This document shows, piece by piece, positions 7,285-15,815 of a stretch of DNA of 15,815 bases. Under the pieces are notes generated by a model, which saw nothing but the letters and a program-made list of their open reading frames with translations, had not been told where the DNA came from and ran no database searches. Every line of letters begins with the position of its first letter. The stretch's first letter is position 1. A program made the translations under genes and the position numbers. The stretch is from Amoeboradix gromovi X-113 (lineage: Eukaryota > Fungi > Sanchytriomycota), in contig JADGIF010000175.1 of assembly GCA_018985225.1 (NCBI GenBank), positions 1 to 15,815 of the forward strand, in the 5' to 3' direction.

Positions 7285-10200
7285 ATGATATTCTTTTCAC
7301 TCAATCAAGTGCTATCTCAAATTGTAGATTCAAATGGAGCCCAATTCAACAGTTTACAACAGGCTTTATCAACTTCCACAAACAATTTAAGCTTGAAATC
7401 TAAAATCCAAGGGAATTGTGAATTTGGGGGATTATCCAAAGCTATCAATATAATTGGAAATGGCTTTAACGTAAGGTGCATCGATAACGGCTTAGTCCGA
7501 TTTAGCTCTTTGCTAAATATCTCTAATATCAGTTTTCAAGGTTTAAATCTTCAGGCTGTTGAAAGTGGAACTTTAAAAATAACAAACTCCATATTCCACG
7601 ATACAAATCAAATAAAGTGCGATGACTCATCTTATTGCGTTATGCAAGATGTTGAAATAATAGACTCGCAATTCGCAATCGAAGTATCCTTTAAAGCTAC
7701 ATTTCAAAACATTACTGAAGCCAACTCAACTACTTTAATAAGTGCAAGATACAAGTCCAGTACCTCTATCTTAAACTGGTCTAGATCAAACTCCTTGGGA
7801 AATCTGATTGAATTAAAAGATGAGTCAGTCATCAATATTTCTAATCTATCCATTTCCAAGGCTGCTTGCGAATCATCTGGAAGCTCGGCAATTATAAAAG
7901 CAAAAGACTCAAGTAAATTTGCACTCGCTGATTCAAATATAAATCACATTAATGGTAAAGATTGCTCAATAGGTGCATTTTCAATTACCTCTAGTTCATC
8001 TGGTGTTATTACTAATTCAAATTTCACTAACATTTACAGTCGACTGTTCTATTTAGATTCAAATTCTAAATTGTCTATTAAACAATCCAATTTTATATCG
8101 GTTAGAGAATCCACTAACGGTTTCATTACCTATCAAATTGGATATTCGATTATTGCCCTTTATGATGTAGCTTTCAAAAGCACAATTGGCAGATTTCATT
8201 TTTCAGACTTTTCCTCTATGCTGGTCCAAGAATCTAAATTTCTCAATATTCAGGGTATTATCACGGACAAGATCATTTTTAATTTAGCTAAAAATAGCAA
8301 GTTGGAGTTGAGGAATTCAGAAATATCCAATGCTGATTCAGATTCAGTTTTCCAGCTGACTTCTTCCTCTTCGCTGTCTGTACTCAATTCAAATTTAATT
8401 AACTTTAAATGCAATTTTAACTGCATTGATGCTTCCATGAATTCTGCGCTGTTATTCAGTTTTAACAGTATCGCTAATATACAGTTTTCCAATTGTTTTA
8501 TTGATTTAAATGGCCCATATACTCGTGTTATTACATTCATTGATAATAACTATTCTCAATTAAATGGCATATACATTATACGATTAGAGAATGTGGTGTT
8601 CAACAGTACTGCAGAGCAGATTACAGATTCCAATATCAATTCTATTTATTATTCTGATTCTTCTTCTGTGTTTATTAGTGGATCTACAGTTACAAACAAC
8701 GGAAACTTGAATTCGGTTGGCACTATGCTGAGTGCAAAACACGGAATTGCATATATATACAATTCTACAGTAAAAAATAGCAGAGCAAACATGGGTGGAG
8801 CAGTGTATGCCTTAAATTCTACCATCACTATAACAGGAACTACATTAACTGCAAACACTGCTGATGATGGTGGATCGCTGTATATATCAGACAGTGTAAT
8901 AAACCTGTCTAATACAAGCATAACCAGTAACAGCGCAATTAGAGGTGGCGCTGTGTTCTTTAACAACTCAAGCGGAGATCTGTATAAAACATCTGGTCGT
9001 ATAAAAAACTTGTATTTACTCAACAATACAGCGAAACAAGGTGATGACCAGGCTTCTGAATTCTACTATTTTAATTCTAGAGTTAACCTTGTAAACAGAG
9101 TTGCCAATGTCACAATACATATAAAAGATAGATTTAACAATAGTTTTACTTCGCAAATATGGGATACGATATATCTGTTAACAATAAATAATCGAACAGA
9201 TTTCAAGATGCAAGGGGATACTGTGAAGGCAATAGAAGGAGATTTAGTGGTGTTTGAAAACGTAAAGATAAGCAGCGACCGCACCAATGGTGTAATGGGA
9301 GTAGTGTTAATTAGCGATTTAACTACAATGATGGGTAAAGTAGTAGATACGATTAACTTTGATATAAAACAATGTGATAGTAACCAGGTGGAATTGACAA
9401 TAAGTGGATTTAAACAATGCCAAGAAAGTACTACAGTATTAATATAGAATCGTGCAGTCAAGGATGTATCAACGGAAAATGTATGGGAATCGACGTATGC
9501 GCTTGTGATGAAGGATATGAAGGGGAGGATTGTACGCTAAACAACAATCCTGATTATCTTATAATTAAAAGTGAAACTAGTTTAAATGAGTTGGCGGACA
9601 GAAGGAAACTTATAGATGCTATTAGCAAATGGAGTAACTACAACAGCATTGAATACAGGAGTACTAAAATGGAAGAGAACCACGATTTAGTAAAAGTAGC
9701 GTTAAAGATGAACAATGACTATGTAGCATACAGTGATTTAAAATCGATTTCCAAGGAGCATGAAGACAAGTACTCATTACTGAATATTAGTGACATCCAA
9801 GCATATCAAGTAAACTTAGAGAGCTTTAGAGGAGATGACGCAAAGAGTGTTTTATTTTATTTTTCTTGTTTCTTCATGGTGGTAGCTATAGCTCTGTATG
9901 CAAGTGTATTTTTAAAGATCAGTGACACAGAATTTCAAAATTCACCAAAATGGCTGTTTAACAACTACTTTTTCGCAGTATTACTTTTGCTCATAAATAT
10001 TATAATAACTAGTTTCCCATCATCTAGATTCGTATGTGTATTTCAGAAAATAACGTGGCAATTAAGCATTATAACTCTAAGTTGCACTTTAGCGCTGCAC
10101 GTTTGTGAATGGTATTGTAGACATGAAAATGTTAAAGCTTGTGAACGACAATTTTATCCACAAAATATGAAGATATACGTTATAATTGGGCTGATCGGGT

Positions 10201-10901
10201 TATTTCTTGTAACTTCTCAGGTGTTGAGCCACTCATTGTTCTTGCCTACGGTTGTTGTGTCTCAAAACAGCTTAACATGCATTCCAAACAGCGTTGAGAA
10301 AACTATATCAATATTCAGCACTTCTATTACAATAGCCATGTTACTTGTAAGTGTAGCATTTGCATACAAAAGTAGAGCATATGCTGAACCAAAGACTCTC
10401 ATGTATATAGGTGTAACTTTGCCAATATATATGATTATTTATGAAATTGAATTTACAAATGTTATAATCAACTGTATATCCAAGCAGGCTTGTTGCACAT
10501 GTATAGTGTTATCAATTCTAGCATTTTTTATGTTTAAAGTCTTCAAGGTTTACTACAAAGTGGAGACGGAGTACTCAGTGAAAAGTAAATTTAAATATGG
10601 AAACCTCGAGAAAACTAGCGTTAAGTTGACTGGAGTATTGCCTGTGAGAAAATCAAGTGGATTTTACATGTGGGAACAGACGTTAATAGAGCTAGTCGTA
10701 CCATTCAGGTATTTATGTGTCTCAGAAGGTGACAGAATGATCTTATACAAGAATTTCAGAATTATGAATTTAAACGAAAAAACAAATGAAAGATTTTGTT
10801 TTGAAATAGCGACTAACACCAAGAAGTTTGTTTGTCAGTGCGAATCCAAAGAAGAGCTAGATACTTGGATGCTAGAGTACCAGAGATTTGTCGATGACTA
10901 G
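7285..10901 (+). CDS. Divergent class C-like 7TM receptor: beta-helix ectodomain, EGF, 7TM, C-terminal PH domain (receptor B); join(7285..9427,9448..10901), 1198 aa
   Basis: Removing the 20-nt intron 9428-9447 joins ORFs 7285-9447 and 9417-10901 into ...KQCQEKSCSQGCINGKCMGIDVCACDEGYEGEDC, matching the EGF region of receptor A. The ectodomain has GGA(V/I)-type repeats (NMGGAVY, DDGGSLY, IRGGAVF). Seven hydrophobic segments follow. The tail LTGVLPVRK...W...FCFEI...FVCQCESKEELDTW is PH-like. Confidence 0.85.
9428..9447 (+). other. 20-nt spliceosomal intron (phase 1)
   Basis: GTACTACAG-TATTAAT-ATAG. It has GT..AG ends and a branch-like TATTAAT next to the 3' splice site. Removal restores the frame and the Cys spacing seen in the paralogue. 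Confidence 0.85.
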
Positions 10902-10964
10902 ATTACTGGCTTTGCCTTCACATGATTTATTAAGTAAATTCCCAATACTAACTCAAAACACTAC

Positions 10965-12053
10965 TTAGCTTTTCATTTCGAGATTTAAATTTTTGAAGCT
11001 TGTGGCATTCACTCCTGTATTTCTGAATTTTGTCTTATTAAATATTGTACTTAGCAGTATTGTGTCGATAACCAACTTTATTATCATTGTTACCACATAC
11101 GTTGGACTAAACGATAAGCGGAACTTCTTGGCTTGACTAAAATTCACTGTTTGATAATTTAATTTCATTTCCGAGTTGAAGTAGAACTGAGTTCCTGATT
11201 GTGCAGCTATTGGAGTAAACAAGCTGAGAGTAGAAGCTGTTGTTTTAATTACAGATTTTGATCCTTTAAAGGTTGAGGTACGCAGATTGCCAAAAACTTT
11301 CGAGGATATGGTAGGGACATAATTCTCAGACTCAGAATTTGTGCTTACTTCAGAGAAACTAATTGTGGAAATAGATTCACTTCGATTTGGCTTAGCAATG
11401 TTGGCTGGGTCGTAAATACCTTCTAAAACACATGTGGTTAATGACGCAATATTCGAACTGTTGAGAAGTGGGGTATAAGATAAATCGCAAAACTTCAGAG
11501 ATGTGGTGTCTGTGATAAGCACATCGGTGATCAAGTTGTATTTAGCATATAATCTGAAAGGCTTTGTAATGTACAAAATACCATTCAACTCGTTGTAACT
11601 CATTGTCAAAGTTGTTAAGGTAGTCGGTAACTGGTAAGGGAGTGTGCCAAACAACGAATTTTCACTTATATAAAGTTGTGTCAATCCCTCTGGCAATGTG
11701 GAAGGTATCGTACCATTTAATAAGTTGGAGTTCAAGAAGAGAAGTTTCAATGAGGAAGGAAGATTTGAAGGGATTTCACCAACTAAGCTATTTCTGCTGA
11801 AGTCTATTTTGTTGAGCAGTGAGGGTAAAGATGATCCGTTGATATAACCATTTAAAGAGAAATCTTTCCAGTTGATCTCTAACACATTGACACTGTTACA
11901 AAATACGTAAGTATTTGCACAACAGTCTGATTTCAACTGATTCATATAACTTGGATTGACGATATGCATGTTCATTCCATATGCCAGATCTATCACCTTT
12001 GGACAGTCAATTGAAACACCCATGATGACTGGCAACAGAAAAAGAATGTCCAT
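10965..12053 (-). CDS. Leucine-rich-repeat receptor-like surface protein (signal peptide, Cys N-cap, LRRs, S/T stalk, C-terminal hydrophobic segment)
   Basis: Signal-like MDILFLLPVIMG from ATG 12053 (an upstream in-frame ATG at 12104 is possible). Cap DC...DCC...C. Repeats of type LxxLxLxxNxLxGxIPxxLP (NSLVGEIPSNLP, NLLNGTIPSTLP, NSLFGTLPYQLP). S/T-rich region, then the hydrophobic YVVTMIIKLVIDTILLSTIF and a short tail. Confidence 0.85.
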   Translation of the reverse strand: MDILFLLPVIMGVSIDCPKVIDLAYGMNMHIVNPSYMNQLKSDCCANTYVFCNSVNVLEINWKDFSLNGYINGSSLPSLLNKIDFSRNSLVGEIPSNLPSSLKLLFLNSNLLNGTIPSTLPEGLTQLYISENSLFGTLPYQLPTTLTTLTMSYNELNGILYITKPFRLYAKYNLITDVLITDTTSLKFCDLSYTPLLNSSNIASLTTCVLEGIYDPANIAKPNRSESISTISFSEVSTNSESENYVPTISSKVFGNLRTSTFKGSKSVIKTTASTLSLFTPIAAQSGTQFYFNSEMKLNYQTVNFSQAKKFRLSFSPTYVVTMIIKLVIDTILLSTIFNKTKFRNTGVNATSFKNLNLEMKS

Positions 12054-12251
12054 AATGAGAAAAGACGAAACCTTCACTTTAAATGTTGGCTTCGCGTATT
12101 TCATTGGATAATTAGTATTGCGTTGGTGATTGGATAAAATGACTTGTTAAACTTTCTAGAAACTTTTGAAGATGCCAATTCAACAAAATTACGAGGTCTT
12201 ACAAGATTTTTGGCACATTCGTTTCATATTCAGGTCAAACAAATTTCTAGA

Positions 12252-15200
12252 ATGGGAAAAATAAACATGGAAAAGGCTTACCTAGATTCACCAGAGCTCC
12301 GTCAACAGTTAATTGATGGCCATGATAGAATTAAACAAATTAACTCTAAAGCCTACAAGTTTTCATCATTGCTTGGTAAAATAACTAAAAATATTGAAGA
12401 GCTTGGAAACCAGTTTACAGATTTCGCGTATGAAGTAAATGAGTTACTGAACTTTGAAAAGGAGAATTTTTTTAACCTAGATGATCGTCCTGATAAACAA
12501 ACATCATCTGCATTTCAATCTTTCAAAAAATCAAGCAGAGGAACTTTGGCAGTATCAAGTGCTGACAGTTTATTGAATTCAGTCTCAAAACTAAATCAGT
12601 GTATGAAGAATGTCCAAGAGCAGCAACTTATTGTTGAAAGAATGAAAAATGATGTGTTGACTCCTTTGAATGCCTTTCACCTTCAAGTTGATCAGTTAGA
12701 CCATGTTAAATCTCAAGTAGAAATTCAAAGACTTAATTACGAAGTTCTTTTAGATAAATACTGTACCTTATCCCGTAAGAAGGACGAACGCAAATTGTTT
12801 CCAAAAGAACATCTTAGTAAGATTTCAAACGCGCAAAACGACTATTTCTGCAGTTTGATCAGTTACATGTCAAAAGTTAATATGATGAATAGGCAAGAAG
12901 GATTGTATGTTTTATCGAAATCCAATTCTTTCGTGTCATTATTTCTACAGTGGTCAACTCAGTCAACTTCAACTATATTGATTTGCCATCAGGCTGTAAA
13001 TGAAGCGCATGAACGCTGTCATCACATAGAGGCGGAAAAACCTGTCGAGGATTTAGAGCTGTTTATGAATTTGAATCTAACCAAGTTGCCCAAGTTTGAG
13101 CCGGAAGAACATGAAAACTTTCTGATCTTAAACGAGAGGGGTTACAAGCATGGCTATCTTCGGTTTAGACCGCGAGGCAGAAAAGACTGGAAAAGAAAAT
13201 ATTTTTATATCCAACGGCCTGAAGGATTACTAATGAGTGTTGAATTAAATGAAAGCGCTATTATGATAGCTGACATTAAGACTAGCATGATACAGCAATC
13301 TGATGTCGATGACAGATACAATACTTTTCAGATTGTTTGCTCACCGCATCCTACAATTTCGCTACAGGCCGAAACTGAAAAAGACCTTAATGAATGGATG
13401 AGAACTTTTAGAGCTATTCAGTTAAGTGATACTAGTGGCGATTTGAATATTGGTCACTTAAGTCAGGAGTGGTCAGCAGAAATAGATGAGCTGATGTCTC
13501 AGTCCCAAAACTCGACAACTCCAACAAACATAACAAACACACCGATGCTCATGAACAGCATATTTAAGGAAACAGAACTTTTGAGTATGAACGTAGGGTG
13601 TTGCGAGTTTAAGTCTCAAAAATGGAAAGGGAAAGCAGCAACAATTGTGGCGAGTGGGTATATGAAATTGAGTACACCACCTAGTGAAAAGAAAGAAGAG
13701 CCAGTGGCCGTATTTAAGATAACGGACATTCCGATGGAGCTTATAATACCAGTTCATCACTCATTATTTGATAGAAAACACGTACTTTGCATTAAATATA
13801 ACAATCGGATTTATTATTTGAAATGTGAAGACGCAGAAAAGTATAACAAAATGACTTACTGGCTGAAATACTTTGCATTTAAGCCAAGAAATGAACTTAT
13901 AGGAAGCGAGTTGATACCTGTACGGTATTTGCGCCATGTTTTTATAAAACTGCTAGATGGAAGATATTTCACAAACAAGAATGATTTCTATTGCACAGTG
14001 AGTGTGGATAACATACTATTGGCTAGAACCTGCTCAATAACAAACAACTCGGATTGCATCATCAGAGAAGATTTTAAATTTGAGGAATTTCCAACCTTAA
14101 ATTTTGGAATAACAATATCGGTGTACGACACCAATCCCAACAGATTTAATAAAGACCAAAGATACGGTAGGGTGTTCATAAGAGCAAACAAATTAAAGTC
14201 GGAAAAAGAACAAGAAGAATATTATCAGCTAATTAGCGGAGAGGATAAAGATGAAGATTACACCAAAGTAGGTAATATCGGTGAAATACGGATCAGATGG
14301 AAATACCAGGAAATAAAGGTGCTTCCAATTGCCAAATATTCGCAGCTACTTACTTTGATGAACTCATACGACATTGACCTTTTGAAGAACTTGTATAAGA
14401 ATGCATTTGACCTAGAGCCACTAAGCCATAACCTCTTGCAAATCTATCAGGCTCAAAATAAAGAAATCGAATGGTTCTTTTATTTGATCGAATGCGAAAC
14501 ACGACAAATCGGTAAATTTTTACTCACTTAGAATCCAACACATTATTTAGAGGAAATTCTATATTGACTAAAGCATTAGAAATATATTTGAAGCAGCTCT
14601 GTTTTGATTATCTAGATAGTTGCGTAGGTGGGTTTGTTAAAATGCTGGTAGAAAACGACATCTATTTGGAAGTCGACCCTACCAGAGTTGATAAACCAGA
14701 TACACTGCAACACAATTGGAGTCAATTAATAGGATATACAGAAACGCTGTGGATGAAATTGTTTCAAACTCGCAAAACTATACCCACCAAGCTTATTGTG
14801 GTTTTACAATTTGTGAAAGACAAGTCGACAGAGAAACTGAAGGACGAGGACTCAAAGTATTTGTCAGTAAGTGCTTTCTTCTTTCTCAGACTGATATGCC
14901 CTGCGTTACTAAGCCCAAAAGTATTTAATTTGACCAGGACTCACCCATCCCCAAATTGTCAGCGTACCTTGACATTGATAGCCAAGTCCTTGCAATCACT
15001 AGCAAACTTGAGTTTGTTGGGAATAAAAGAACAATATATGCATCCCATGAACGCTTTTATAGAGTCCAAATTTTCAGATATGAAGCAATTCCTGACTGAT
15101 ATATCCACAACACAGGGCGCTCTACGGCCTAGTACATTATATATAAATGATACAGTGCACACTTATGATCTGGAAAACCAATTAGCTCTATTTCATCATT

Positions 15201-15289
15201 TTGTGACAAATTACGAAAACAATTTGATGAACAAAGAATTATTGGTAATTTGTAGTAGTATATCGAATTTAACAGACAGTACACAGTAG
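12252..15289 (+). CDS. Ras GTPase-activating protein with BAR-PH-PH-like-C2-RasGAP architecture; join(12252..14511,14532..15289), 1005 aa
   Basis: The first ATG at 12252 gives AYLDSPELR, like the DSPxFR start of APPL/ACAP/GRAF-type BAR domains, followed by helical sequence. PH motifs KHGYL...WKRKYFYI...LQAETEKDLNEWM. C2-like DFYCTVSVDNILLART. Splicing restores the arginine-finger motif NTLFRGNS. Also FFFLRLICPALLSP, RTLTLIAKSLQSLAN and KEQYM. Confidence 0.9.
14512..14531 (+). other. 20-nt spliceosomal intron (phase 1)
   Basis: GTAAATTTT-TACTCAC-TTAG. Removal gives ...TRQI-E-SNTLFRGNSILTKALE, placing the catalytic RasGAP LFRGNS motif in frame with both flanking ORFs. Confidence 0.93.
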
Positions 15290-15734
15290 TAAACAGAAGT
15301 TTTTCATGTTTAAAAATCCTAATGGTTTTAGGCAACAAAAAACTGTTTCAATCTTAATTGCCGAGTGATTCTTTAGAGTTTTTATTTCTTCTAAGAAACC
15401 AGACATGGTTATTTAAAATTTCTCCTTTTATTCCTGCTAAATTCCAGAGCCAAGTAACATAAAGCATATCACTGTCTTCTTTGTAAATCTTAAATAGCTT
15501 ATACGCTTAAGCTCAAACGGATTTGATATCAAACACTCTTAAACATATCTAATATAGTTCAGGCACCGGTATTACTAAAGGCGCTAGTACTGGTCGTTTA
15601 AAAGCAGGTAAAGAGTCTATGGCAGAAAGTTACATAAGCTTTAAGTACACACATCCTATTCAATCCATTCTCAGGGTATTGGAGGTGTGACAAAGCATGC
15701 TAACGGGGCTACTACCATTTGTTAGTCTCTACAG

Positions 15735-15815
15735 GGGACACCAAATATAAAAACTAGACTAACTCGTTTTTAAAGGTGTACCATACGGAGGAAATACTAT
15801 CATTAATAAAAGATC
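15735..15815. mobile_element. End of a second copy of the same MITE family, inverted relative to 1759-2206 and truncated by the window edge
   Basis: The first 40 nt are identical to the reverse complement of 2167-2206. Similarity continues to the window end (GGTG..CCATA.GGAGGAAATACTAT.ATTAATAAAAG) with a 3-nt indel and a few substitutions. Confidence 0.92.

Noticed and set aside
2809-9461. Short ORFs antisense to or overlapping the CAP and GPCR genes (2809, 2838, 3579, 4380, 4584, 6618, 7209, 8250, 8649, 9066)
   Set aside because: These are shadow frames of well-supported genes, mostly with non-ATG starts and no motifs.
9417-10901. 494-aa ORF as a standalone gene, or a programmed frameshift/pseudogene at 9417-9447
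   Set aside because: It has no signal peptide, and a canonical GT-AG intron with a branch motif explains the junction and matches the paralogue.
12144-12251. TTG-initiated N-terminal extension of the RasGAP
   Set aside because: The context is eukaryotic, and the first ATG at 12252 coincides with the expected start of the BAR domain.
14564-15289. 241-aa ORF as a separate RasGAP gene
   Set aside because: It starts at TTG downstream of the catalytic LFRGNS motif and is exon 2 of the 12252 gene.
13473-15338. Short ORFs overlapping the RasGAP gene (13473, 13988, 14716, 14959, 15129)
   Set aside because: They are shadow ORFs with no independent support.
15355-15505. About 50-codon open stretch on the - strand (LFKIYKEDSDMLYVTWLWNLAG...)
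   Set aside because: It is bounded by stops and has no recognisable family; it may be decayed coding sequence but cannot be supported.
1-15815. Stop-codon reassignment, CRISPR arrays, tRNA/rRNA genes, prokaryotic operon structure
   Set aside because: Long ORFs are open under the standard code and end at TAA/TAG where domains end. No repeat-spacer array or structural RNA signature was seen, and the gene content and introns are eukaryotic.

Overview
This is a compact, AT-rich eukaryotic locus read with the standard genetic code. The gene content suggests an early-diverging (zoosporic) fungus or close relative, which is an inference. It holds six protein genes: a PSD2-type phosphatidylserine decarboxylase (-); a secreted CAP/SCP protein with a possible chitin-binding Cys module (-); two paralogous class C (7tm_3-like) GPCRs arranged head-to-head 191 bp apart, each with a beta-helix ectodomain, EGF, 7TM and PH-like tail; an LRR receptor-like protein (-); and a BAR-PH-PH-C2-RasGAP (+). 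The ORF track splits two of these genes. Each is repaired by removing a GT-AG intron of exactly 20 nt with the same layout (9428-9447 and 14512-14531). Three items are missing from the ORF track. One is a decayed TnpB/Fanzor-like pseudogene at about 1-540. Another is a 448-bp MITE with 30-bp TIRs (1759-2206) that abuts the PSD start codon. The third is a second, inverted copy of that MITE starting at 15735. All domain calls come from motif recognition by eye; no searches were run.
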